Assembly: GCA_049647745.1 (NCBI GenBank)
Contig: JBARYG010000002.1
Coordinates: 13,383-77,382 of the forward strand
From: Mesorhizobium sp.
GTDB lineage: Bacteria; Pseudomonadota; Alphaproteobacteria; Rhizobiales; Rhizobiaceae
Direction: 5' to 3'
Length of the DNA stretch: 64,000 nt
In this document: positions 19,433 through 28,721 of the stretch, piece by piece
Layout: every line of letters begins with the position of its first letter
Position numbering within the stretch: position 1 is the first letter of the stretch
Notes under the pieces: generated by a model
Seen by the model: the letters and a program-made list of their open reading frames with translations, nothing else
Databases searched by the model: none
Told to the model about the DNA's origin: nothing
Program-made: the position numbers and the translations under genes

Positions 19433-21766
19433 TCAGCCGGTTACACTGGTATCTTTTGCAGCTGTCCCTACTGGCTCACCCCCGTGGGTGATCACCGGCG
19501 GCTTGGGCGGACCCTTGCCGCGGGTTGCCGGCGAGGACAGCGCCTCGAATTTCTCGCGCTTCAGCCGCACCTGGATCATGTGCGGGCAGCGGTGGTCGTC
19601 GTGGTAGAGTTCCTGGCAGTGCATGCAGTAGATGCACTCGTTGACGTTGATCTCGCCTTCGGGGTGGATCGCCTGCACCGGGCATTCCTTGGCGCAGCGC
19701 TGGCAGGGCGAGCCGCATTCGGGATAGCGCTTCAGCCACTCGAACATGCGGATGCGTCCGGGAATGGCGAGCGCGGCGCCTAGCGGGCACAGGTACCGGC
19801 AATAGAAGCGCTCGATGAAGAGACCGGCTCCGAGCAGTGCCAGCGCGAAGACGACAAAGGGCCAACCACGCGCGAACTTCAGGATGATCGCCGTCTTGAA
19901 CGGCTCGACCTCTGCATAGGTCTCGGCCAGCGCAACGGAATAGAGCGACAAGCCGAACAGGCCTAGGAAGATCATGTATTTGACCGGCCACAGCCGCTCA
20001 TGTAGGCCGAAGGGCAGCTTGATCTGCGGCACCTTCAGCCATTGGGCGAGGTTGTTGGTGAGTTCCTGTAAGGCGCCAAACGGGCACAGCCAACCACAGA
20101 AGGGACCCCTGCCCCAGAACAGCAGCCCCGCCGCCACCGCCGCCCACAGGATGAAAATTAGCGGCGCCGCAAGGAAGAACTCCCAGTTGAAGCCGGTGAC
20201 CAGAGAATTGACGAAGGTCAGAACATTGACCACGGAAAGCTGGGCGTTGGCATACCAGCCGAGCCACACCAGCGTGAACAGCAGGTATCCCCGCCGCACC
20301 CAGGCGAACAGACGGGGCCGGCTTACCAGCCAGTTCTGGAAGAAGAAGATGGCGGTTAGCACCAGGAGAGCAGCGACCGTGACGCCGATCTTGAAGGTGT
20401 TCATCTTCCAGATCCTCACCCAGAGGGGTTCCTGGTCGGGAGAACCCTGCTCCGACAGCCCACTCGTTACGGGCTGGGCCGGCTCTTGCGCAGGCGTGAC
20501 TGTGGGCAGCGCTGGTTGCGTCACCGTCATTGGAGCAGCCTTCAGATAGCGCGCGGGCAAGGTATAACCGAGGTCGAAGGGCAAGGTCGCCTTGTCGCGT
20601 GCGCCGTAGCTGCGCTGTACGAGCAACTGCAATTCCCATGGCTCGGAAAGGTCGAGCGAAAACTCCTCCGGCACTGTGAACAACGCGATCTCGCGCAGAT
20701 GTGGCGCGCCTTCTGCAGCAAGATCGCCGAGACGCGTGTGATTGCGGTCGCGAAAGCGGACGCCCTGACCGTCCTGCATCAGTTCGATACGATCGAAGAT
20801 ACCGCCACGCACATAGCCCGACCCCTTGAAGGAATAAGCACCCTCGCCGGCCACGACGATCGCCTGCTGGCCAGGCTTCAGTTTCTTCTCCAATCTGTCG
20901 TAACCGGTATCACCCAGCAGGCTCCTGCCGATGGCGGGCACGCTGACGGGCGCGACGTAAAGATCGATGAAGCGGTCGGCCGGATTGCCGGTCTCGGGCC
21001 GCTCGGCCGCCTGCGTCTGGCCTGCGTCGGCGAAGGCTTTCGTCACCTCGCCCACGGTCAGGCGCAAGCTGCGCACGGAGCCATCGCCGACCAGCGTGCT
21101 CCAGTCGCTTATCCCCGATACAGCGGGGTCCACGATCATGGCCGGCGCGGCGGAGGCTCCAGGAGCGCCAGCCTCCCTCTGACCCAAGCGCCCGCTTCGG
21201 ATCAGCTTCACCGCCGAGCGCACCACGCTGTCACTCATCACCAGCACGGTCACGGTGGCACCGCTGACGATATCCACCTGAGGTATCTGTTCCCGCCCCG
21301 CAGCAACCTGGCCAAGGTCCTTGCCGATCAGCGAGTTCAGGGCGGCAACGACCTTTTCCTGCGGGATACCGATGAGGACGATCGGCTCCTTGTGCTCGAC
21401 CAGCTTGATGCCGCGGACGACGCCGCCGGCGTTGATACCGACGAGAATACGGATCGGTTTTCCAGAATAGCCGACCGCGCTCGTGAAATCGGTATTGAGA
21501 TACGCGTAGCCGACCGCCTTTCCGCCGGACAGGAGAGGCACCAATGGCGGATTCCCTTCTGCCTTGCCGTAGGCATCGGCACCCTGGATCAGTTCGCCGG
21601 GCGCGGTACTGGACAGAAAGTGCTGCAAGCTTTCGTCGGCCCGTCCCGGACTCACCAGCAGGGCCAGCAACGTCAGCATGGCCACCACCACAACCATCGT
21701 ACGAGAGACGAGGGCCGTGACGAGCCGTGCGGTTCTGGGCCTGATCGTAGCCATAGGTCCTGACAT
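19433..21766 (-). CDS. nosR: NosR membrane flavoprotein / Fe-S regulator of N2O reductase
   Basis: Start chosen at ATG 21766 (MSGPMATIRP..). Periplasmic FMN-binding-type domain, 6 TM, and C-terminal Cys clusters CRYLCPLG, CGSPCQRCAKECP and CIYCMHCQ. Confidence 0.93.
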   Translation of the reverse strand: MSGPMATIRPRTARLVTALVSRTMVVVVAMLTLLALLVSPGRADESLQHFLSSTAPGELIQGADAYGKAEGNPPLVPLLSGGKAVGYAYLNTDFTSAVGYSGKPIRILVGINAGGVVRGIKLVEHKEPIVLIGIPQEKVVAALNSLIGKDLGQVAAGREQIPQVDIVSGATVTVLVMSDSVVRSAVKLIRSGRLGQREAGAPGASAAPAMIVDPAVSGISDWSTLVGDGSVRSLRLTVGEVTKAFADAGQTQAAERPETGNPADRFIDLYVAPVSVPAIGRSLLGDTGYDRLEKKLKPGQQAIVVAGEGAYSFKGSGYVRGGIFDRIELMQDGQGVRFRDRNHTRLGDLAAEGAPHLREIALFTVPEEFSLDLSEPWELQLLVQRSYGARDKATLPFDLGYTLPARYLKAAPMTVTQPALPTVTPAQEPAQPVTSGLSEQGSPDQEPLWVRIWKMNTFKIGVTVAALLVLTAIFFFQNWLVSRPRLFAWVRRGYLLFTLVWLGWYANAQLSVVNVLTFVNSLVTGFNWEFFLAAPLIFILWAAVAAGLLFWGRGPFCGWLCPFGALQELTNNLAQWLKVPQIKLPFGLHERLWPVKYMIFLGLFGLSLYSVALAETYAEVEPFKTAIILKFARGWPFVVFALALLGAGLFIERFYCRYLCPLGAALAIPGRIRMFEWLKRYPECGSPCQRCAKECPVQAIHPEGEINVNECIYCMHCQELYHDDHRCPHMIQVRLKREKFEALSSPATRGKGPPKPPVITHGGEPVGTAAKDTSVTG

Positions 21767-21841
21767 GTGTCCCCTTCTTTCGGCTGCTTGGGCCAAGCCG
21801 ACTTCGGAGCGCACATCTCTACGGTTTCGCGGAACGATTCT

Positions 21842-21855
21842 TTGATTCAAAGCAA
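21842..21855. promoter_or_regulatory. FNR/FixK-type box, one mismatch (TTGATTCAAAGCAA)
   Basis: Lies in the divergent nosR / ferritin-like intergenic region, 76 nt from nosR ATG 21766 and 53 nt from ATG 21908. Confidence 0.55.
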
Positions 21856-21907
21856 AGCGACGACAGATTGCGCGCCTATGCTGCCTCACAAACCAGAGGG
21901 CCATCCG

Positions 21908-22756
21908 ATGACTCGCCTTACATCCGAGCCGACGGCGTCAATCCGTTCGATGAACGAACTGCTGGCTGTCGCCATGGCGATGGAAAAGGAGTCGGCAGAG
22001 CGGTACGCCGGTCTCGCAAAGCACATGCGCACGGTCGGCCAGCAGGATCTGGCTGAAGTATTCGACCGCCTGGTCAGTGAGGAGAACGGCCACATAGGCC
22101 TCGTCGCCAATTGGTCACGGCAGATTCAGGACCGCGTGCCGGAGGTGCTGCCGCCTGAAGCCGTTCCCCAAGGCGTTTTCGATGATGAGGGCATTCACCT
22201 CGTCTCACCAGAACTGGTGGACGCCTATCGCTCTTTGGCAGTAGCCGTGCGGAACGAGGAGCGCGCCTTCGCCTTCTGGTCCTATGTCGCCGCCTATGGC
22301 GCAACGGCGGAAATCCGCAAGGCAGCCGAGCGGATGGCCAGCGAGGAGCTGGAGCATGCCAAAACGCTGCGGCGCGAACGCCGGAAGGCTTTTTTCAAGA
22401 ACAGGCACCTGAGACCGTCAGTCCAGGAAACCTACGATTTGTCCGCCCTGGAAATGGAAGTCTGCACACGTCTCGAGGAATATGCCGACATGAGCGGAAA
22501 CAAAAAGGAATATCGCGATCTCGCTCTCGAGGCGCGCACGCTCTCTCTTGATCTTGCATCGGATGCCCTGCAGGAGCCCGCCCCAGTCGGTCCACCTCCA
22601 CCACGATCTCTCGAGGCACTTTGTGAGTGGCTGGCCGACTATTATATCGACGCTGGCGAACACCTGCTTTCGCAGGCCGCCCGGGATCGGGCTCAGGCTC
22701 TTGCCACCATTGCCGTCAAGCGCCTGGCCCTCATCAGAAATCTGGGAAGAACGTAG
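21908..22756 (+). CDS. Ferritin-like / rubrerythrin-fold di-iron protein, function unknown
   Basis: AMEKESAERYAGLA..EENGH and ...NEERAFAFWSY..ASEELEHAKTL are two E..H-type helices. Start at ATG 21908; ATG 21878 is possible. Confidence 0.6.
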   Translation: MTRLTSEPTASIRSMNELLAVAMAMEKESAERYAGLAKHMRTVGQQDLAEVFDRLVSEENGHIGLVANWSRQIQDRVPEVLPPEAVPQGVFDDEGIHLVSPELVDAYRSLAVAVRNEERAFAFWSYVAAYGATAEIRKAAERMASEELEHAKTLRRERRKAFFKNRHLRPSVQETYDLSALEMEVCTRLEEYADMSGNKKEYRDLALEARTLSLDLASDALQEPAPVGPPPPRSLEALCEWLADYYIDAGEHLLSQAARDRAQALATIAVKRLALIRNLGRT

Positions 22757-22914
22757 ACGAATACCGGCTGACTTTGACAAGCTGCCGCAACCTCTCATCG
22801 GGTCACTCTTGTGGTCTAGGGGTTGCAGTTGCTGCCCTCTCGATACAACGCTAGCCCGAAGCCAACCGGTTTGCTGACCGGCGCACCGTACCGAGACAAC
22901 TCGCATTCGCCAGT

Positions 22915-22928
22915 TTGTGCTGCATCAA
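22915..22928. promoter_or_regulatory. FNR/FixK-type box, one mismatch (TTGTGCTGCATCAA)
   Basis: 78 nt upstream of pseudoazurin ATG 23006. Confidence 0.5.
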
Positions 22929-23005
22929 AGTCGGTTGCCAATGTTCGCAGTAAAAGCCCCGCAACATTATTTTTCTGTAACGCAGAAGGGCAGAAAGGCA
23001 AGAAA

Positions 23006-23449
23006 ATGAAATACATAAGCTTCGCTACAGCGGTTTTCGCCGCCATGATGATGACAGGCGCCGCCTATGCGGCAGACCATCAAGTGCAGATGCTCAATAA
23101 GGGCACTCAGGGCGTTATGGTCTTCGAGCCCAATTATATCGAGGCCGCCCCCGGTGATACGGTGACCTTCGTGCCGACAGACAAGGGGCATGACGCTTCC
23201 AGCATCGACGGCATGCTTCCCGAGGGGGTGCAACCCTTCAAAGGCGAGGTCAGCAAACCGATCACCGTCACCATCGACAAGGAAGGCGTCTACGGCGTCA
23301 AATGCGTGCCTCACTATGGCATGGGCATGGTGGCGCTGATCGTCGCGGGCAGGCCGTCGAATCTGGACCAGGCCAAGACAGTCAAGCAACCGGGCAAGGC
23401 GAAGAAAGTTTTCGAAGAGCTATTCGCCAAGGTCCCCGCTGGCAACTGA
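23006..23449 (+). CDS. paz: Pseudoazurin (type-1 copper protein)
   Basis: 147 aa. Signal peptide MKYISFATAVFAAMMMTGAAYA. FVPTDKGHD...GVYGVKCVPHYGMGM carries the H/C/H/M copper ligands. Confidence 0.9.
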   Translation: MKYISFATAVFAAMMMTGAAYAADHQVQMLNKGTQGVMVFEPNYIEAAPGDTVTFVPTDKGHDASSIDGMLPEGVQPFKGEVSKPITVTIDKEGVYGVKCVPHYGMGMVALIVAGRPSNLDQAKTVKQPGKAKKVFEELFAKVPAGN

Positions 23450-23475
23450 ACAGAGGACTGAAGCCCGATTTCCTC

Positions 23476-23508
23476 GCCGCCTCCGGCTCGTCCGGAGCGG
23501 CTTTTTTA
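23476..23508 (+). terminator. Rho-independent terminator after pseudoazurin
   Basis: GCCGCCTCCGG-ctcgt-CCGGAGCGGC followed by TTTTTT. Confidence 0.6.
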
Positions 23509-23591
23509 TGCGGAGAGCACGCCCTTGAGGAAGCCTCGGTACTAACTCTGTCGGACCTCTGGTCCTTCCGATGCCGGGGCTCCCGTTGTTC

Positions 23592-25163
23592 TTACCTGAA
23601 ATAGATATTGAATCTCGCACGTAACGCAGCATCGATTTCCGGCTCGATGACCGAGCCCGCCCGTGAAAGAATTTCATTTTTGCGGGCGATGGCCTTGTCG
23701 AGCAGCATGGGCTTGCCGGCCTCGACCCACTCCTTGGGACTCATGCGATTGCCGACGACAGGGTAGACATATTCCGTTTGCATCAACTGGAGGGTCTGGT
23801 TCGAGCCAAGATAGTGGCCGGCTCCTCCCAGACATACTTCCTTCATTACCTCGATGCTGGTCGTATCGTCCGTAACGTCGATGCCGCGAACGAGGCGCAT
23901 CACCTGACCGAGAATATCGTCACCAAGAACCATGCTCTCAAGACAAAAGCCGAGCAGCGAGGCGTGCATCCCGACCGACTCATAGCAGAGGTTGAGGCCG
24001 GACAGGCCTGCAAGCGTGTTCGTGATGCCCTGCTCCCAACCCGCCTGCATGTCGGGAAGCTTCGAGTCCGATATTCCCGACGCCGCTCCGCCCGGCAAGT
24101 CGTAAAAGCGATGCATCTGCGCACATCCTGCCGAAAGCAGCGCCTGTTCGGCACTGCCACCCGACATGGCGCCCGTGCGCAGATCCGACACAAACGGCCA
24201 GGTGCCGAAGATCGCGGGCGCACCGGGCCGAATGGCGTTCACATAGACCACGCCCGCAAGACATTCCGCCATCGCCTGCACAATGGCCAGCGCGATCGGC
24301 GCGGGCGCAGTAGCTCCGGCCTGCCCTGCCGAAAGCAGGAGCATCGGCATTCCGCCACGGACGCATTCTTCCAAGACGCGGCAGCTTTCCTCGGCAAACT
24401 TCATCGGCGGGACGACAAAGCAATTGGAGTTGCTGACGAAAGGCCGCTCCCGCCACTTGTCCTCGCCGCCGGCCACCATATGCAGCATTTCGAAAGCGTC
24501 GGCGACATGGTCAAGGTCGAAGATACTCGTCCCGACATGCTTGCGCGTGCCCGAAAGGCAGGCGTAGAGCGTGTTGAGGTCCATCTCCTTGTTATCCGCC
24601 ACGTCGCGGCAGACCACCGTGCGCTGGAAGAAGTGGACGTTGTCGAGATGCTCCGCCAGCCGTGCGGAATCGTATAGATCCTGCGCAGTGGATTCGCGGT
24701 AGCTCGACGTCAGGGGGTCGACGATGTGCACCGCCGCTCCCGCCGTGCAGAAATGCACGCTCGTCCCGGAGAGATGCATATCGTGTTTGGGATCGCGGGC
24801 GTGCAGGGTGATGTCGCGCCCGGCTTTCGCCAGCATGTCCTCGACAAGAGCGCGGGGAAAGCGGATGCGACCGTCATCCCCCAGTATCGCGCCGGCCCCG
24901 CACAAAAGCTCCACGCCCGAAGCCGGCGCATTGGCAAGCCCGATTTCCTCCAGCGCCTGTAACGCCGAAGCATGAATCTTTTCCACGCCCGCCTGGGTCA
25001 GAGGCTTGTACTGGCCACCGGGAAGACCCGCCCGTACCGGCCGCAGATTATCCGCCAACGGCGCGGCGCGAGCCGCCACCCGTGCCGCGCGGCCCCCGGA
25101 GCGGGCCGAGCGCCGAGCCATCTCGGGAGCGCATAGTTCATCGACAGCGTTCATGTTTGTCAC
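23592..25163 (-). CDS. MttB-superfamily (non-pyrrolysine) methyltransferase, quaternary-amine type
   Basis: 523 aa with full-length resemblance to trimethylamine methyltransferase family proteins. No in-frame TAG. Confidence 0.85.
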   Translation of the reverse strand: MTNMNAVDELCAPEMARRSARSGGRAARVAARAAPLADNLRPVRAGLPGGQYKPLTQAGVEKIHASALQALEEIGLANAPASGVELLCGAGAILGDDGRIRFPRALVEDMLAKAGRDITLHARDPKHDMHLSGTSVHFCTAGAAVHIVDPLTSSYRESTAQDLYDSARLAEHLDNVHFFQRTVVCRDVADNKEMDLNTLYACLSGTRKHVGTSIFDLDHVADAFEMLHMVAGGEDKWRERPFVSNSNCFVVPPMKFAEESCRVLEECVRGGMPMLLLSAGQAGATAPAPIALAIVQAMAECLAGVVYVNAIRPGAPAIFGTWPFVSDLRTGAMSGGSAEQALLSAGCAQMHRFYDLPGGAASGISDSKLPDMQAGWEQGITNTLAGLSGLNLCYESVGMHASLLGFCLESMVLGDDILGQVMRLVRGIDVTDDTTSIEVMKEVCLGGAGHYLGSNQTLQLMQTEYVYPVVGNRMSPKEWVEAGKPMLLDKAIARKNEILSRAGSVIEPEIDAALRARFNIYFR

Positions 25164-25223
25164 CCGTGGTCAAAGGGCCCCTGGATTCTGCGGGAGGACG
25201 GCGCTGCCGGCGCATGAGCCTGA

Positions 25224-25241
25224 TTATGTCCGCCGGCATAA
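25224..25241. promoter_or_regulatory. Dyad TTATG-N8-CATAA in the mttB-family / lysR intergenic region (candidate LysR site)
   Basis: Imperfect palindrome containing a T-N11-A-type core, between the divergent genes. Confidence 0.3.
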
Positions 25242-25347
25242 GCGCCGTTCGCGCTCTCGCAAAATCATGCTAGTTTTCTATATGGTTAGCAGACAATAGG
25301 CTTGATCCGACACGTCGGAAAAGCGAATGGAACCATGCGTGGGTGTT

Positions 25348-26250
25348 ATGATGCAGACCGTCCTGCCATCGTTCGGTGATCTGCTTGCCTTCGACGCGGC
25401 GGCGCGACATGGATCGTTCACGCGTGCCGCTCGCGACCTGAACGTCTCACAACCTGCCGTCAGCCGTCGCGTGGCTGCTCTCGAGGCCGATCTTGGCGTC
25501 ACGCTGTTCGGGCGGGAGACGAAACCTCTCCACCTGACCCCCACTGGCCAGGCCCTGTTCGATGTCCTGCGCTCGAGCCTTAGCCGGCTGGAGACAACCA
25601 TCGCAGAGATCCGCAGGGTTCAGGAGGAACGGAAACTGACGATCGCTGCGGCGCCCGGCTTCCTGACTTATTGGCTTTTGCCGCGACTGTCCGCACTGAC
25701 GGCAGGCTTCCCGGACCAGGAACTGCGGTTGCTCACCGGCGATCAGCGGCAGGACCTGCCTGAAGCCGACATCCATGTCCGCTTCGGTGACGGAGACTGG
25801 CCCGGGGTGACGGCCGTCAAGATACTGGGAGAAGAGGTGTTTGCGGTTTGCAGCCCGCTGTTTCTGGCGCGGCAAGATACGAAGCCGGACCTTTCCCGAT
25901 TGACCACATCGCGCCTATTACAACTGTCGGACCGCCTCGACCGGAACTACGATTGGCAGCACTGGTTCCGGGCGGTGGGTATCGATATACCCCGAAAACT
26001 GAACGCCATCGTCTTCGACGATTACAGCCTGCTGGTCAGCGCGGCACTGGCCGGCGAAGGCCTCGCCCTGTGCTGGGCGGGGCTACTCGACCAGCACCTC
26101 AAGACTGGCGCTCTGGTTCGAGTTTCGAACGAGGCCGTCACTTCCGATCGCGGCTACTTCGCCACGTTCCCGACGGGCACGGCCGAAGACAGCGTAGTTT
26201 CCCGGTTGGCCCACTGGCTTGCAAAAAGCGCGACTACGCCGGAGGCATGA
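25348..26250 (+). CDS. LysR-family transcriptional regulator
   Basis: LAFDAAARHGSFTRAARDLNVSQPAVSRRVAALE is the wHTH, followed by a substrate-binding domain. Start at 25348 or 25351. Confidence 0.88.
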   Translation: MMQTVLPSFGDLLAFDAAARHGSFTRAARDLNVSQPAVSRRVAALEADLGVTLFGRETKPLHLTPTGQALFDVLRSSLSRLETTIAEIRRVQEERKLTIAAAPGFLTYWLLPRLSALTAGFPDQELRLLTGDQRQDLPEADIHVRFGDGDWPGVTAVKILGEEVFAVCSPLFLARQDTKPDLSRLTTSRLLQLSDRLDRNYDWQHWFRAVGIDIPRKLNAIVFDDYSLLVSAALAGEGLALCWAGLLDQHLKTGALVRVSNEAVTSDRGYFATFPTGTAEDSVVSRLAHWLAKSATTPEA

Positions 26251-26318
26251 GTTCCACCCGGTAAAGGCGCCCACTCTGCGGCCAGATGCATCCTGCAGCC
26301 CTCCTCTCAACCTGTTCC

Positions 26319-26332
26319 TTGACCAGGATCAA
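26319..26332. promoter_or_regulatory. Perfect FixK/FNR box TTGACCAGGATCAA
   Basis: TTGA-N6-TCAA, 66 nt upstream of ATG 26398. Confidence 0.7.
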
Positions 26333-26397
26333 CGACACATTTCCCGGCGGCCCGTAAGGAGGACAGTTTAAGAACCGCGAAGCCACAGGGCGAGACA

Positions 26398-26805
26398 ATG
26401 ATATTGCCGAATGGCACTACCGTCGCCGTCATCGATGGCAAAAAGCTGCGGCTGTTCCGTAATAACGGCACAGAATCCCGCATCCAACTGGTCGAGGAAA
26501 CGATCGCCGGGACACAGCCTGCCAACCGACGTTCAGGTACACGCAGCCGCAACAACCCCGTCGAACCGAATGGCTTGCAGCGGAAGAACGACGACTTCGT
26601 AGCCCGGGCGTCAGCGTATCTGGATAGGTTGATACGGCACCGGAAGATTATCTCACTATTTATCGTCACCGATCCACGGACGTTAGGAGAATTGCATCGT
26701 CACTTCCACGATGCGACCAGAGAAACCCTGATCGGTGAGTTGTTGGGCAGAGATTTCACGAGCAGTAGTGTCAGTTCGATCGAGGCTGCGCTTACCAGAG
26801 CATGA
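26398..26805 (+). CDS. Host-attachment protein family (baeRF12, eRF1-like fold) protein, copy 1
   Basis: 135 aa. MILPNGTTVAVIDGKKLRLFRN...FIVTDPRTLGELHRHFH. Paralogue of 49496-49900. Confidence 0.75.
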   Translation: MILPNGTTVAVIDGKKLRLFRNNGTESRIQLVEETIAGTQPANRRSGTRSRNNPVEPNGLQRKNDDFVARASAYLDRLIRHRKIISLFIVTDPRTLGELHRHFHDATRETLIGELLGRDFTSSSVSSIEAALTRA

Positions 26806-26857
26806 CGGCGTAATACGGCGTTGTCCATAGTCTGTCGCTGGCCTAAATTTGTAGCAC

Positions 26858-27462
26858 ATGGGCTACCGCCGTGGCAGTAGCGCACGCGTGTCCCGGGCGG
26901 TTCGCCTGACAGAGGATCTCGACGCTAGATTGAACGGAACAAGAGGGTCGGGGTTGGGGATTCCCCTGGACCTGCTGGCATGCGCGTCGGTCGCATGTGC
27001 AGCAACATCTCCTTCACCGTATCTCCCGGCGGTCGGCAGCCGGCAGCGGTTGCGCGCCATCGTCACGAACCCGAAGAGCCGCCAGAAGCACGTCTGGCAG
27101 GCTCGGATCGTCCTTCTGAGCGGTGCCGGTCTGGGCACCTCGGTAATCATGGCCGAGACCGGCAAGTCCAAAACCTGTGTTCGGCGCTGGCAGGAGCGCT
27201 TCATGCACGACCGCGTTGGCGGCCTGTTTTGCGATAGGTCTCGTCCGCCTAAAGGCCCCGCTTCCACCGGAGCATATCGCCGAAATCATTCGCCTAACGC
27301 AGGCTCCGCCATCGCACGAGGCGACCCATTGGACGTTGCGCGCGATGGCCAAGACCGTGGGTATCGCGGCGTCGACGGTGCAGGGCATCTGGAAGGCGCA
27401 CGGCCTCAGCCCACACCGCTGACGGCACTTCAAGCTCTCCAACGATTCGGTCTTCGATTGAA
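26858..27462 (+). mobile_element. IS630-family transposase, N-terminal HTH part only (frameshift plus stop, 3' truncated)
   Basis: RQKHVWQARIVLLSGAGLGTSVIMAETGKSKTCVRRWQERF.. is in one frame and PPEHIAEIIRLTQAPPSHEATHWTLRAMAKTVGIAASTVQGIWKAHGLSPHR in another. Similarity stops after FKLSNDSVFD. Confidence 0.65.
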
Positions 27463-27468
27463 CAACGG

Positions 27469-27674
27469 GCCGCCGAGCACGGCGTCGCTGTCGAACTGCT
27501 GCACGAAGTCGACGACGCCTCCTCGAGAGCCATCGTCAGGCGACCAAGCTAATGGGATGCGATCTGATCGTCATGACGACCCATGGACGGCGGGGCGCGC
27601 AGAGATTGATGCTCGGCAGCCAAACCGACGAGGTCGTCACCCATACCGACGTTCCGGTTCTGGTGGTCCGGTAG
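27469..27674 (+). pseudogene. USP C-terminal remnant left by the IS630 insertion/deletion
   Basis: ..AAEHGVAVELLHEV.. and then MGCDLIVMTTHGRRGAQRLMLGSQTDEVVTHTDVPVLVVR* (TAG 27672-27674). There is no N-terminal half. Confidence 0.6.
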
Positions 27675-27722
27675 TTCCCGATCGTCCAGGTCGGCGAACG
27701 CTTGCGGCGAAAGACACCGTTC

Positions 27723-27736
27723 TTGATCGGCATCAA
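27723..27736. promoter_or_regulatory. Perfect FixK/FNR box TTGATCGGCATCAA
   Basis: Full TTGAT-N4-ATCAA, 77 nt upstream of ATG 27813. Confidence 0.75.
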
Positions 27737-27812
27737 GGCAGTATATCGTGCTGACTGTAGATTTTCTGTCATCGTGAAATCACAGGCGCGGTGGCGACGG
27801 AAAGGCAAACCC

Positions 27813-28634
27813 ATGAGCTATAAGTCCATCCTCGTGAACCTCGATATCGACGGACCTATCGTCCCCGTCGTGAAAACAGCAGCCGACCTGGCAGGACGCT
27901 TCCAGGCGAGGCTAATCGGCTTTTGCGCCGCCGACGCTCCCATCGTCGTGGCCGATCCTGCCGGTGCCGGCCTGGCCTCCGAAGCATGGATGCAGATGCG
28001 CAACGACATACAGTCCCGCTTCAAGGATCTGCACGACAAGTTTGACAAGCTGATCGCCGGCAAGGTGGCGACCGAATGGCGTGAGGCACTCAATGATCCG
28101 ACGCGCGCCTTGGCGGAGGCTGCGCGAGCGGCGGACCTGGTCGTAATGAGCGCGGTCGAAGGCGCGGCGACGGGCGACGCTTACCGGCAGGCGGATCCCG
28201 GAAGCATCGCTCTTCAAGCGGGGCGCCCCCTGCTCGTCATCGCTCGCGACGCCGAACAGGTGCGGGCGAGGAACATCGCCGTCGCCTGGAAGGATACGCG
28301 CGAGGCGCGTCGCGCTCTCGCCGACTCACTGCCGCTGTTGAAGGTGGCCGAATCCGTGACGGTTGTGACAGTCGTCACCGAAGTCGACCAATGGGCCCGC
28401 GCAAGCCTCGCGGACATTATGGCCTTTCTTGGAGCGCATGATGTCGAAGCGCGGCCGGAGCTGGTTGAAGGTGCCGACGAACACATGGCGCTGTTCACGG
28501 CGCTGGACAAGTGCGGCGCCGACCTGATCGTGTCAGGAGCATACGGCCATAGCCGCCTGCGCGAATGGGCCTTTGGCGGTGTGACGCGCTCACTGCTCGA
28601 CGAAACCGGGCGGAACCGCTTCATGGCGAGCTGA
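27813..28634 (+). CDS. Tandem-USP-domain protein
   Basis: 273 aa. MSYKSILVNLD.. in the first domain and ..ADLIVSGAYGHSRLREWAFGGVTRSLL at the C-terminus. Confidence 0.85.
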   Translation: MSYKSILVNLDIDGPIVPVVKTAADLAGRFQARLIGFCAADAPIVVADPAGAGLASEAWMQMRNDIQSRFKDLHDKFDKLIAGKVATEWREALNDPTRALAEAARAADLVVMSAVEGAATGDAYRQADPGSIALQAGRPLLVIARDAEQVRARNIAVAWKDTREARRALADSLPLLKVAESVTVVTVVTEVDQWARASLADIMAFLGAHDVEARPELVEGADEHMALFTALDKCGADLIVSGAYGHSRLREWAFGGVTRSLLDETGRNRFMAS

Positions 28635-28721
28635 AGAAACACGCTATATCCTGTCCGTTGCAGCGGGCGTCATCGTTCGTGGTGAGCGGCCTGCCGAAAG
28701 CGCTGTCGCGGAGTACCTTTT

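Noticed and set aside
20486-21763. 425-aa plus-strand ORF, and similar ORFs at 57349-58512, 13267-14530, 14254-15174 and 33210-34052
   Set aside because: All are antisense or out-of-frame overlaps of confidently identified genes (nosR, sqr, nosX/L, nosY, tandem USP), and their compositions are non-protein-like.
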